Shown here in pieces: positions 26,357 through 38,869 of a stretch of 64,000 nt of DNA; position 1 is the first letter of the stretch; each line of letters opens with the position of its first letter. The position numbers were made by a program, and so were the translations under genes. The notes under the pieces are model-generated. The model had not been told where the DNA came from, ran no database searches, and worked only from the letters and a program-made list of their open reading frames with translations. The stretch is from Tricharina praecox. Taxonomy: Eukaryota. The stretch spans positions 62,001 through 126,000 of the forward strand of contig NW_026250428.1 in assembly GCF_024521635.1 (NCBI RefSeq). Reading direction: 5' to 3'.

Positions 26357-27357
26357 AATCCAACGGACGAGGATAGAGTGTAATTCGGCGTTGACAATCG
26401 CACGGAATCCCACGGGCCACTTAACCAATGTATGCGGCGCATAGAGCCTGAGTCTTGACGCGGAATACAGAGGGGCTTCTTCATACCCTTATTCCGCTCG
26501 AACGGACCTGCGGGCGTAATAGACTCGTGTCGCCGATAGCTAATGTTTTTGTAGCCGACTGTTAGGCTGTGGTGCTTGGAGCTTTGTTTGTGCGCGAGAT
26601 GTTGGTTTGGGACGAAGGAAATATTGTTTTCTCGGGCGCTGGACTGGACAGGTGTAATGAATGCCGCATGGCAGGTTCGAATCACGCAGAACAGCGAAGA
26701 GGGTGCGAAAGAGGTGCATGATGGGGCTGGAGAGTCCACGATAGGAGCGTGCATCTTTCTTTTGTGTTTGTCTTGTCAATTCTACGCCGGTGGATACTAG
26801 ATATGGGCAGAAAAACGTTCGTGTAGATGGTCAATGGAGTCAGCAAATGGACTGCGTGTATTAACTTCAATAATCATTAAGAAACGAGGATTCATTGAAG
26901 AAGACGAAATCCTGAGAATTGAGGGGGTCCGTGGTGAAGTCATGAACGTGCTGTAGCGTAATACAAACACATCGCGCTACGTGGGGCGTATGTGGACAAA
27001 CTTGAGAGGTGTCTGGTGGTGAAGCTGCTGGACTTTCTAGAAGTCCAAGGTGATGTCCCACATACTGCGCTAACCATGCTGGGAGTGAACTGCACGTATA
27101 TTCGCCAGAACCTAAGTCAGACCTTAAACCACTGGATGCCTTCCTCAACGCGAGCTCTTGATGTTCTGATCCTCATACCACAGTCACTCTTTTCTTCATC
27201 ATTTTTATCCTCACCATCAGTTATATACCTCAGCTCCGAGACCCGGGTGACAGCAATATTGGCGGCCAGCTCCCGACACAATTGTTATAAGCACCCCATC
27301 TAGAGAAACTATACCCTCCTCTCTTAAGCAGCTCCTTCGCCCGTCTTCGTCACTGTT

Positions 27358-28533
27358 ATGGGCTCCTTCCTCAGCTGCATAGACCGTCGCAGAAGGAGCG
27401 TGATTCTCATTCCACGACCAGCATCGCCACCTACAGGCAAAGTCTCTGCTACATCCCCTATAACGATCACCGTCCGCAGCGGGGCGCCTGAGCGTCCGAT
27501 TGCACCCAGAGTACGCTGCCGGTGGTGTAGGAAGCTCAAAGATACAGCCAGCACGACAGACGGCGTGGATATCGATACTCACCTCGTTCTACCAACACCG
27601 AAGTCACACGATGCCATCTCGCCCCGAACGGAGGAACACAGTTACGGCTCGCAAGAAGTAGATGCGATCTCGCCCCAGCCGGCGCTGAGCAACCACGCCG
27701 GGCGGAAATCGGAGCCCTTCGATGCATCCAGGAACAGCCCCTCGACATTCCCCATCATATTTCCTTATCGTACGTCTCGCAACAACCGTGTTTGCACGAG
27801 CACGAAACATCTGGCCTCAGTAAGGGCAATGGTCAGCTACACCCTTCGACTACCAGCCGCCGAACCACCGGCGGAGCTACTCCACGCCATCAGCACCACC
27901 TTGAACCACCGCGCATCCCCCGCTAGCCGCAGCCCGCTCACGCAGCTACTCATCCGCATCACCGAGACCGCCCACGACATCACGGGCGTCGACGTCACAA
28001 CGCAGGCCAGACAACTCTACCAATTTACGTGTGCCGAACTGATCGAGGATGTTTTTCGCTACCTGGCTCCCCACTACAGAGAATGGTTCCCGCAATCCCT
28101 GACCCTTCGTTACTACGACCGGACAGTGGGCTGGAATGCCGGCGGCTTGATCGGGTCGCATGTATGGTTGGTAGTACCGGGCAGACGGGAATACGACTTT
28201 GTCGAAGAGGCGGCTTACGCATTCAATGTTGCCATCGAGTTCTGGGATAAGGAACAGCCGGAATTCCAAGTGTGGTTGGTGTCGGTACATGACGGAAACG
28301 CCGTGGTGGTTAAGGTCACTTCCCCGAGAGCAATTTTGGAGACCCTGGAAAACAAAAGAGTCGCGAAAGCGGGGGAGGTTCTCCGTCCCACGGATACTAT
28401 TCGCGTCGAGGCTGGCATGGAATATAACATGTCGGACAATGATGACAGGGTAGCACTAGTGCAGGCACTGGCCAGCCTTGTGAATATTTCAGATGATGTG
28501 AATGGTTTGGGATACCCTCTGGAAAGGGTATAA
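27358..28533 (+). CDS. Multicopy family R member 1 (possible degenerate REase-like fold), 391 aa
   Basis: Shares motifs PxELLxAI, CAELIEDVFRYL, WxxxGxIGSxVW, DFxEEAAYA, WLVSV and EYxMSDxxxRV with the ORFs at 41.4, 42.7 and 45.9 kb. N-terminus is MGSFLSC. Confidence 0.8.
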   Translation: MGSFLSCIDRRRRSVILIPRPASPPTGKVSATSPITITVRSGAPERPIAPRVRCRWCRKLKDTASTTDGVDIDTHLVLPTPKSHDAISPRTEEHSYGSQEVDAISPQPALSNHAGRKSEPFDASRNSPSTFPIIFPYRTSRNNRVCTSTKHLASVRAMVSYTLRLPAAEPPAELLHAISTTLNHRASPASRSPLTQLLIRITETAHDITGVDVTTQARQLYQFTCAELIEDVFRYLAPHYREWFPQSLTLRYYDRTVGWNAGGLIGSHVWLVVPGRREYDFVEEAAYAFNVAIEFWDKEQPEFQVWLVSVHDGNAVVVKVTSPRAILETLENKRVAKAGEVLRPTDTIRVEAGMEYNMSDNDDRVALVQALASLVNISDDVNGLGYPLERV

Positions 28534-28984
28534 GATTGTGGTGATGTCCTGAGGGATGGCTGGAAAGATGGCGCGTGTGATCGACGGCCACACGTCGTGT
28601 AGTTGGTTTCCTGGTGATCTGGCTGAGTCTAGGATTAAAGTGTTGCACCTACTTTTTGGATTGGTGGAAGTTTTGGTTCTGTTAGAGTGTTTCCCACCAT
28701 TTTTCGTTAATCTTGTGGACTTAGATGGAGAGTGTAAGGAGTTAACATAGCGACTGTCGGAGGAAAGATGGTGTTCTTTTGATGGAGCAGTTATTTGATG
28801 TCCTGGAGATGGATGGCAAGATGGGTGGTGAGATGGATGCTGAACTGAACGGTGAACTGAATGGATCGCGTTGAGCTAGAATCTCAGGAGTGCCCGGTGG
28901 TCATGGGTGCGTCGGTAAAGTTCTTGGTGGGCTTTTGTGTATAGGTACAGATGATTGATGACTGAAGGTACAGATGGTTTAAGC

Positions 28985-29580
28985 TAAAGTACCAGGTCAA
29001 AAGTTTTTGTACACCTGCCCAACAGCGCCACCACACCACAGACATATACCTCTCTAACACAACAACCCCATATCAGAAAGTAGTAATAATTGGCATATAT
29101 GATCAATATATGCTAATACAGCGTCAACGAGATTTTCAGCCCGCTAGGCTGATTATGTTATGCGAAATAAGGTGGCTTGGCAAATTTCCCTTTCACGGAG
29201 GCAGGTCATTTCCCGCCATAGATACAGCAACCATAAGGTAGTATAAAAATATATGGACCATTAGAAGGTCTCCTGAACCAGATAGAGAACCTTAATCGAA
29301 ACCAGCAAATAATTCTGAGTTGTTGTGGTTGAGTAATGCCGTATGAGAGAAAAGTTGGTGTTGAAACTAGTTGTGACGCAATAATTTTCTATGGGGGCCC
29401 CATACAAAATCCGAAATCACTCTCCAACCTGTACACAACACCATACCATGCGCCACCAGTCCGGAGAAAAGTTGTCAGAATTCTTATATGTGATGCATCT
29501 TGCGATTCTAAAGCTTCTATGAAAGACTCGATGTTTTTCCACCACGTGAAGGGTGGGTTTTGGTCAATCGAAAATGGCAG
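28985..29580. repeat. Dispersed ~600-bp repeat X, copy 1
   Basis: Collinear high-identity match to 57042-57636. Minus strand encodes FTWWKNIESFIEALESQDASHIRILTT. Confidence 0.9.
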
Positions 29581-29589
29581 GCATCCGAT

Positions 29590-29718
29590 ATGGTTCACGT
29601 CATAACCTCAGCGCCTCACCGCGGCGCTGATGCCTGGGCGAGCCAGCTGTCGCTAGAGACCCACTTTTATGGTACTGCGCTGCTGGTCGTGATGGTAGCG
29701 GGGGTTATCGGCACATAG
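29590..29718 (+). pseudogene. Family C gene, 3' fragment
   Basis: atggttcacgtcataacctc...ttatcggcacatag matches 40859-40987 and is followed by the same GA-rich tail. Confidence 0.75.
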
Positions 29719-30329
29719 AAGAGGCGGCCGGACGAGGGAGGTGGTGAGGCGGAGAACGAGTGGCAGAACGAAGACGACAACGAGGACACGGACGAGGAGC
29801 TGGAGGTAAAGCCGGGCCGCTGGCGTCACTACGGTGCCGTCCACGAGGTTGTAGAATTAATTTGTATTTGGATGCGCCTTTCCTTCAAGTCGTGTCACCT
29901 TTTTTTTGTTGTAGAGCTCCAGTGACTTTAAATGTGTTCCGTTAAACGTGATAATCGTTGAATAGACGATGTTCTAGATACCGTAACATCATCAAGAACC
30001 GCGAGACGTCTCTATATAAGAGGCACCGGACTCTCAGCCGACCGTGATGTCCTCGGCAGCGCCGGTGCGCATTAGTCCTCCCGCGCTTGGTCGGCCGTCA
30101 TGCCGTGGACCTTATCTCCGACCGCCATATTGGAAATAAGTATCTCAGTTGCGTCTACTGCAGGCTCCGGGAATACACAGAGTCCAGCACCGCCATAGAT
30201 GATGTCTACATACAAGTTTAGGACTCTATGGCTAACACAAGGCTATGAGGGAGGCTCTCGCTACGCTCACTACGAGGCTCCGCCGGGGCTATGCGACAAC
30301 GTGCCTTAAAGAAATTCCAAATCATCAGG

Positions 30330-30550
30330 AACTCACACTACAGTATTCACCGGAGCAGAGGACGGTCAGTCCGGAAACTGGTCCGAGCCGCGCGGGATTT
30401 ACCCTGATACCCCCGCCGTGTCAGCAGTAGGCGGAAATTCATGCCCAAACGTAGGCTCGGCATCTTCTCTCACATTCAAAATCATCCGAAATCATCGCCG
30501 AAGTTCAAGACGATCTTGATCAAAGCTTAGAGGTTGGCGTTGGTTACTCG
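30330..30550 (-). pseudogene. HNH endonuclease-family relic (N- and C-termini fused, middle deleted)
   Basis: Reads VTNANL*ALIKIVLNFGDDF followed directly by MILNVREDAEPTFGHEFPP, matching both ends of fungal HNH_2-type proteins. Confidence 0.7.
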
Positions 30551-30589
30551 GAGCATCTGGTCTTCGACACAGCTCCATACCAGGAGGCG

Positions 30590-31078
30590 GCTGGTTCAAC
30601 CGAGATGTTGACCAGGAGAAGCTGTCTTGCCCTGTGTTGGAGGTTGATCGTGTGCCCAGCTTTCCTTGTGGCGGCGATGCTGCTGCTTGGGATCTCGTCT
30701 CTTCCAGCGGCGACCACTGCTCGTCAAGCCCTGTGCACGTTCTCGTGCAAACTTCCATCACCGAATTCCACGGCGGCGTTTGCACAGTTTGGAGGACGTG
30801 ACGCACAGAGGTGGTCGTCGGCAAAGCTCGACGTGGCTACACAATCTTTCCCCCCAAATGTTCACATCCCGGGAGAATTTTGGTTGCGGGTCAGCAATAA
30901 GAGCCAGTATTCCCGGGCAGTGACGGTGGAACTCACGCCACTATCAAAGCAGGCATTACATATGGTATTGTCGCCCCCCGGCGGCGCTGATGCCTAGCCG
31001 ACCCAGCTGCTGCCGGAGAGTCGCTTCTACGGCACTGCACTGCTGGTCGTTCTGGTGGTGAGGGTTCTCGATGCTTAG
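30590..31078 (+). pseudogene. Family C gene, exon-3 fragment
   Basis: RRSCLALCWRLIVCPAFLVAAMLLLG...WSSAKLD is homologous to ORF 40451..40987; in-frame TAG at 30995. Confidence 0.8.
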
Positions 31079-31349
31079 ATGCGGCCGGGTGAAGGGGAGG
31101 GGGAGGGGAATCACGAAGAGAATGACGAGAACGAGAAAGAGGGGGAAAACGAGAACGAGGACGAGAATGCGAAGGAGGACGAGGTGACGAAGGCAGGGCC
31201 AGAGGCGGCACTTTGGTTTTATCGTGAAGGTTTTAGAATGGCAAATTTTCTTTGGTTGCCCCTTTGCTCAAATTTTCTCTTGTTTTATTTCGCAGAGCTG
31301 CGGTTTCTTGTAAATGTGTGCCGTCAAATTGTATAATTGCCAAACGTAC

Positions 31350-32140
31350 TCAGATAGACAGGTTTTGTAGAAAGATAGAACTATATTTTTTCCTTGCTTT
31401 GTTTTCTTCGGTGGGCCGTTGCCCTTCTTTATATACAGAGTATGTCGGTCTTTCGGAGATACGCCCACCGGCGAGACCAGATCACAGACCAGGGAACGGA
31501 CCAGACAACTGAAGTAATCTCTACCAACGGATACAGTTCGTATGACGGACTCCTTGACGATTCCCCAGCACGCTATAGCCGAGATGAGGACAGATCCTTC
31601 ATTTCCTCCCCAGGCCGTAATCTGACCCATTTGGATACCGAAATCACTCTATTCGTCAATCCGTTCGTATCTGCCCAAGTTGCCCGAATGGAGGATAGTT
31701 AGGAATGCTCAAAAACAAATTCGCAGGCGATGGAATAGCACAATCTCTCTCCTGCCCTTTACTCCTTCTTGCACCATTGTTCTTCCTCTTTCTGGACCAA
31801 ACATCCCTCATACGTCGCAAACAATATCCCCGTCGGCCTCAAGCAATATCATTCATCCGCTCCGAAGCAAACATCTTCATTTGACCCAAAGACAATATCC
31901 TCTATCTGCGTTAGATGAATATCCTCCATGATCCATCCGTCTTCAAACAAACATCCGGACATGTCACTCCAATTCGGGTAGAACTGACGCAAGCACGCAC
32001 GATCGACCACCTCAACATCTCACCATTCCCCACCTCACCGCATTCTCCCATACCGACTACTGACCATCGCCTTGATCACCGCCGCCTCGCCGGGCCGGAT
32101 AGATATCATCCAGAACACAGTGTCGACTCCGTCCGCTGGC
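31350..32140. repeat. Rearranged duplicate of 43450-44500 including a family R fragment
   Basis: 31350-31615 matches 44170-44500 directly. 31630-32140 matches 43450-44130 inverted, including FWMISIRPGEAAVIK on the minus strand at ~32060-32125. Confidence 0.7.
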
Positions 32141-32420
32141 TGGACACATGATTACCGGTCCTGTGATAAGGCATCGATGGTCCCGCTCACGGAGATCATA
32201 GCGAAACGCTTCGACAACAGCCGCTCAAGTAAACGGGGAGGAAACATACCGGCAGTGACGATGTAGCAGCCGCCAGGCTGTAGCGGACGGTTGTCTTTTG
32301 GAACTGCTCTACCACCTTCATCTCACAGGGAGAAGCTACCGCCGAAGGTGAACAATCTCTCGACCATAGCAGAGAGGTTTGCGTTGATTGTTCCGCCTGT
32401 GAGGATAAGTGCCTTATCTT
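32140..32420 (-). pseudogene. HNH endonuclease-family relic, N-terminal part
   Basis: Reads PLQPGGCYIVTAG, then a GTATGT donor, then VEAFRYDLRERDHRCLITG (RDxxCxxTG motif). Confidence 0.75.
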
Positions 32421-32867
32421 CACGAAAGTGACTCAGCTTCTACGACACACGCATCACAATAGTCCGTACGGGCACTCTCGGGGGTTATTACCTTCGCAAA
32501 AGAGTGACATCGTGTGTTTTCATGTACCCATTTCAGGAACACAAGATTGAGTGCAGCGACGACGGGGTCGAATCAACGATGTATTTTCCTATATCGTGGT
32601 GCCCCTAGGGTACAAGCAATGAGTTAATCACGCATTCAATGCACCCGGATTGTCGCAAAATGCGTTGCACATCGGTTTTTAACAGATACGCGCTGTGATA
32701 ATTGCGTTGTTGCTAGTAAATGCGTGAATCCTGCCAAAGCTTTACTCGCAGGTGACAGGTTGTCTGGTCTAAGTTAGATGGGGAGTAGCGATTAGAAAGA
32801 AAGTTGTTGTATTGGTCTTCGTTACGCGGAAGAGTCAATTAACCCACACCGTTAGAGTTATTCAAGA

Positions 32868-32966
32868 AATGACTCTGGCAATTGAAGGAATGAATCTAGT
32901 CACCGAGTAGCAATGACTGCTGTCACCGAGTAGGAATGACTCCAGTCACCGAGTAGGAATGACTGA
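32868..32966. repeat. ~23-bp minisatellite AATGACTccaGTCACCGAGTAGG
   Basis: Four to five tandem units, each starting AATGA(C/A)T. Confidence 0.85.
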
Positions 32967-34513
32967 GTAAACCTGCGAGACTCGAATAAAAACCCAACCT
33001 CGACAGTCTATTAACGTTTATGTCAACAGTGCGATGATTTTGGCCTTCGCGATGTGTATCACGGTGATGTTGGAGTACTCCTGTTTATACTGCCGTGCTC
33101 TGCCCCCCACCCCCCCCCCCCCCCCAAGGGCGAGCAAGTGTGGGGGGGGGACCTAAACTTCTGGCCGTGTGAGTAGTCTGTAGGTCATGATGTCGAGTTG
33201 CTGTCAAGTGGCATGGTGAGGCGACTGTGCGGCCGAATCAGGGATCCCTCGACTGCCTGCCGCGCAACCATATGCGCGTCCACAGAACCTTATTTGTGCC
33301 AACATCTCCAGGCGTCCAAAGTTTGACACCCTTCTCAATCTTAGCATCATCATCACCATCTACAGAATAGACGATCAACCTCTACCTCATCTCTCTCTAC
33401 ATAGTACTCATTTCAACGAGAGCGCCAGATCCACGGCGAGGATATTAGCGAGGGCTCTTTTGTTGAAGCACCGGCGGCGGTAGGCTACCATGGCTAAGTT
33501 CGTGGCCTCGCCACCAGGAACTTAAGCTCGTTATCACACCGTGTCCTTTTGTACATAGTACACTCTCTCTTTTACTTCTGTATCATACACTGCCTTTACA
33601 TGAGCGTCAATACATACATTCGCATCAACATCTTTTGCTGATTCGTCTCCAGGTCGACCGGCGTGACGAGGATGGGGAGAACACACAGGTGACAGTGGAG
33701 AGAGCACACACAGAGGAGAGAGCGGAGATGGGAGGTTGACCGTCTATCCGATAGATGATGATCAAGAAAGAAGAAGAGAATCCGTGGGTGCCGACTTAGG
33801 CCCCCTCGTGATTTTGTTAACCCCGCCATGCCTACCAAAGCTGATACCCATTATTACCACATTTGTTTCCTCTAGCTGACAGCTCCTCATCCACTTCCTC
33901 CTCTCACCTACAGCTCCATCACCACTCCGCCATAACAGTGTACAATCCGCGGCGAGAAGGATTTGTGTAGTATCCCCGGCGGGTTGAGTGTGGGAAGACC
34001 AAAGGCTGACAGCCAGCGTAGAACAGAAAGAACAGCGATGAGGATGACTATGACACCGGCGACGGAAATGTGCTATCTGCCGAGATGGGCGGAGTGTGGT
34101 ATCCATGGCGGGAAGAGTCCGCTATTAGCGGTGGGGAGAGGGCGGTATGTAGCGAGGCAACTGTAGGAAGGCATAGGAGGACAAGGCACATATGTATCTA
34201 GTACTATCATAGATTCATGCAATGCATTTGATAACACTGCAAATTACCTAAAAGAACGAATTATACACCAGCCCATTTGGCTGACGTACGTGCACTTGCA
34301 CGTGATTCTCAGCCTTGGAGGTGTGATTGAGCCGTGCGGCTCCTACCAGCCTCTGGTGCTTGGACCCCACACTAAGTACCCGTATAAATTCGTGGGCATT
34401 CCCACCTGAAGTTCCCTCTCTTCCACAGACAACTCCCTGAAAAACAACAGTCTCAGCGACTTGCAACCTCGATCCTTCCAACCACATAACTGCTATCACC
34501 AATTATCCTTGTG

Positions 34514-35050
34514 ATGCCACCAAATTCCCAACCTCCCTGCATCACATGGTGAGTCTCTCTTTTATACGATCGTTAGAATTAGTTACTGATAAATATCAAC
34601 TATAAAGGCGTCAATACAACGAGTACCAGCGGCTCCTGCGGGAGGCCTAAGCTCAACCTAGGTGCTCCCAATGCGACTCGCTCCGTGAGGAGTGGGCCGA
34701 CCTCCAGGTCCGTTGCGTGCGGCTGGTGGGGTAACTCGCCGGCAGCCTACCGGCAGTTGTCGAAAACGGCAGCACAGACGCGGAGGGTCGCCAGGAGTCG
34801 CCGAGTACTCCAAACCACCAGCGCCCGGGGCGCATGTAGGTTTCTTTTGTATCTCCAGGCCATGGGACTTACATAGACTGACAAGGGTTTCAGTCGCCGC
34901 AAAGCCGCAGGGGCTGCGGCTCGCGCCACCGCCGCCGTCAACATCGACACCGCCAAAGAAGCTGAAGCTGCTCTCGACGAGGCTGCGCGGGTCCTCATTG
35001 TTCGCGGCCTACTATTCGAGTCCCGGGGACACGGAAGCCGCCTCCACAAT
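34514..35050 (+). pseudogene. Family C gene copy with premature stops
   Basis: Same exon layout as 39952-40987 (ATG 34514, GTGAGT donor 34549, later GTAGGT donor), but TAA replaces Gln codons in exon 2 and the 3' end diverges. Confidence 0.8.
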
Positions 35051-35929
35051 CGAAAAGGAGCTATTTTCTTTGCGAGGGTTGTTGATCAACCTACTGACAG
35101 AACCGCATCAAGGCGAGCACGACTTCAAGTATGGTTTCACGTGGCTGACACCATTTGGAAAATATGAGGATGGAACGTTCTATGTTTCAATGATAGAGCG
35201 CAAGCTTGGATTTTAACCTGGGGGAATTGTCGGATTGAAGGGCGGTGAGATGCCGCATTTCACCACTACGTGGAGTGGCAGCAACAGGTAATGTCTGGTT
35301 TTCGCATTGCATCACAATCCTCTTTGAGTTACTTTTCATCTCCTAGAAGGGTCGGTGTGCAAGTCACACAGATTGGGAAAGCTCTGGATGCGGGCATTAG
35401 ATATGGTTCCGGTCATTACAGTCGGTGATCTGGTTTAATGTGCTCGGGCATCATCAGACGGAGTTGGGAACGGACGGATACGATGGGACGAACGGATATG
35501 ATGGGACGGATGGATATCCTCTGAAACGGACAGATATCTTAGAATTTAGTTTTTGAAGGCGGCACTATGGTGCTGTCCTCAACGCCTGGAATGAAACGTT
35601 TTCTTTTGTTGCTGCTTTCGTCAGGTCAACTCTTCTTTTGTTCCATAGGAATCTAGTGACCTGTAAATGTGTTCCGTCAAACGTGATAATTTGAAGAGTA
35701 CCTTCGACTACAGTCTGGCGATGCAGAGTGTAGCACAGCCGTAGATTATATCTTATGTGTCTATTCATGGTGTCAAGAGATACGGTTTTTTCAAGGTAGC
35801 GAGAAAAAGCATTTCTGTAACGGCACCATAAAACGATTTAGTTACCGAGTAGCGCCGGGTATTTACGAGCAGACCGGCCTCCTCACCAATATGTGGCTAG
35901 ACCGGTCTGCCCGTAGAGATTTTCGCCAG

Positions 35930-36230
35930 TCCGGTCACCTCATATATCCAGTTACTTCGGTAGGGGGTCAGTTACTTGGTTCGGTGGCCGGCCAGATGTG
36001 CCAAATACACGGCCGCCCGAAGACGATTTGTGTTGCTACATCGTCAGTAACCATTGCTGCCGTCGTCAGATATACTGAGGACGTCCAACGGTGACATGTA
36101 TTGGTTGCCGGACTGGAGAGGACGTTTGTCTTTCCGAACTTCTTTACCAACGTCGTCTAGCGGGAGAAGCCATAACCAAAGGTGCAGATGATCTCGACCA
36201 TAGCGTAGAGGCTGGTGTTGGCTATTTACA
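35930..36230 (-). pseudogene. HNH endonuclease-family relic, N-terminal fragment
   Basis: Reads NTSLYAMVEIICTFGYGF...PLQSGNQY; DNA homologous to 36950-37240 and 39300-39600. Confidence 0.7.
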
Positions 36231-36379
36231 GCAATGCACTCGATAATTAAGGTATCGGCAGGTTATCATACCAGTAATAACTGTATGGGGTGGAATACTG
36301 GGGGCTCAATAAAGGAAGGCTGTTAAACATCTTCACTTCTCACTCGTGATAATAAAAACGATTAGTCTGTGACAGCAAA

Positions 36380-37250
36380 ACGTTTTACTATCAATATCGC
36401 CATGATCTGGCTCCTTCGAGCGGCATCCGATGGTGACGCGCCGGAGAAGATCTCGGTCGGTGTGCAGGTTTCAATGATCGGGTCCCTCTGGGTGCGGGCA
36501 CTGGATCCTAGGATCCCCGCGATGGCCGCGAGGCTCGCCATCACCCCTTATATTCACGATCACCGCCTGTATAAAATGCCAGCACCGACCGTAGTTGTCA
36601 CACCTCCAGTAATCTTTCAGGTAAAGCCGCAAGATCAGCGCAGCCTCGACCCCCACCATTCAGACTCGAGAGCGGACTATCCTGCTCCCGGGAGCGAGTA
36701 GGAATTGATGACGCTTCGACAGTCTCACTGAGGAACAGCATCACGAAACGCTTCGACCGAGGCGCCAGTAGACGGCGATAATGGACGGTCGCGCCTGTCG
36801 TCGTCATCGACAGCGATGAATTCCACATACTCAGCGGCCGCTCATGTAGACGGATAGGAAACCTAACGGCAATGACGATTTAATGTCAAATAGAAGAGAA
36901 TTTATTGGATGATAATCATCACTTATTCCCCAGTCTTCCAGGACCGGAGGTCCTCTATTCACCGAGTCTCTCGCTCTCATACATCTTGATAGCAGACCGT
37001 CAGATGCCAAACACTCGGCCGGCTGAAGACGAAGTTCACTGATATAGCATCAGATAGCATTGCTACCGTCGTGATAAACCTACACTGCGGATGTCATGCT
37101 CTGATAAATAGTAGTTGCCGGGCTTCAGGGGACGGTCATATTTCAGAATTTCAGAACCGCGTTCGTCTCGCTGGCAGAAGTCACCGCCGAAAATCGAGAT
37201 TTTCTCGACCATAGCATAGAGGTTGGCTTTCGCTACTCCGTTCATGACGA
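36380..37250 (-). pseudogene. HNH endonuclease-family gene, near full length, core deleted
   Basis: Reads NGVAKANLYAMVEKISIFGGDFCQRDERGSEILKYDRPLKPGNYY, then SVEAFRDAVPQ*DCRSVI, then GVEAALILRLYLKDYWRCDNYGR joined directly to WHFIQAVIVNIRGDGEP. Confidence 0.8.
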
Positions 37251-37625
37251 TAAGGGCGTTATCCTCACCACCGTGGCATTATTAAACATCAAACGTAAAT
37301 CAGTGAATATTTCAGCGGCGAATGTTTCAGCGATCTACGTATGTGGGAAACACAGGTGCACGGGCACGTGCCCCTCAGCCTTGGAGTTGCGATTAAGCCT
37401 TGGAGTTGGGATTAAGTCTCACGATGAACGAGATCCATTGGCTCCTATCACCCTCTGGTGCTTCAACCGCACACAAACTTCCGGTTCAAATCCCTAGGCA
37501 AACCCACCTTTCCCTCTCTTCCACATACAACCACCTTCATACAACTGTCTCCGCAATCACTTTCTGAGTCACTTGCAACATCCAAACTCCCAACCACCAA
37601 ACCTCAATCACCAACTGATCTCGTG

Positions 37626-38292
37626 ATGCCCACAAACACACAACCTCCCCACCTCACATGGTTCGCCTCTCTGCAACCTATACCATCCTTAGCAATGGTT
37701 ACTGATGACCCACAGGAGGCAATACAAAGAGTACCAGCGGCTCCTGCGGGAGGCCCGGGCTCCGCCAGGTTGCTCCCAGTGCGGCTCGCTCCGTACGCAG
37801 TGCGCCGACCTTCAAGCTCGTTGCGTACAGCTAGAGAGGCAGCTCGTCACCACCCAGGCAGCTGTCAAAAACGGCGGCACAGACGCGGAGAGTCGCCAGG
37901 AGTCGCCCAGTACTCGGAAGCACGAGCGCCCGGGACGCATGTAGGCTTCCTTCGCATCCGGATCATTGGGCGTACACTGACAAGTGACAAGTCGTCGCAA
38001 AGCTGTCAGGGCAGCTGCGCGCGCCGCCGCCGCCGAGATCATTGCCGCCGAAGAAGCAAATGCTGTTGTTGACGACACTTCTAGGGTCCTTGCTGTCTCC
38101 GACAGGAATAGATCCTTTATGGCTGAGTCGGGCAGCTCTGCTCCCACAACTTCCCTGGTGGATCCGGTCGCATCACCAACTGCTGCTGCTGCCGGCCTGT
38201 CGACATCCGAGGGTGACGAGCCGGAGCTGATCTCGGCCGGTGTTCAAGTCAGACTGCTGGTCGTTCTGGTGGCGAGGGTCATCGGTGCATAG
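37626..38292 (+). CDS. Family C protein, 3 exons (37626-37660, 37716-37940, 37992-38292), 186 aa
   Basis: Spliced length is 561 nt and in frame. Introns sit at the same positions as in paralogs (first donor GTTCGC is weak). Contains CxxC, a coiled coil, an Ala-rich helix and a hydrophobic C-tail. Confidence 0.7.
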
Positions 38293-38869
38293 AGATTGTG
38301 CCCGGATGGTGACAGGGGTTGGGCGGACGCGGAACAGGACGAGGGCGTGAAGAAGAAAAGAAAGAGGAAGATAACGAGGAAGAGAACGAGAGAAGGAAGA
38401 AAACTAGGACGAGGACGAGGAGGCGCAGGCGAAGGCGGAGGCGCAGGCGAAACTACGGTGCTAATCTCAAGCCTTTGGAATCGAACGATATCTTTGGTTG
38501 CGGCTTTCTTCAAGTTGTATCTTCTTTTGTTTCGTAGAGCTCCCGTTATGTTAATGTGTTCCGTCGAAATTTATAATCAAGTACTTCAGGCTTCGACGGC
38601 AGGCCCTAGGCATACACAGAGTCTGGCATATTTCTAGACGATACCTACATACACGTATAAGGCTCTATGGCTAAGCTCACCGATCTGAGGGTGATGTGGT
38701 AGCCGCGGATTTACGCTTCGGCGGCAAATCAAAACCCAAGCGGGTTGAGGCTACGCAGACGGCTGTACCTCTACAAGGCTCCGCCGGTGCTCGGTATTCT
38801 ACAACGTCCCTTGAGCCAAATACCACAATATTGGGATATCTGATCACAGAATCAACCGGAACAGCGGAC

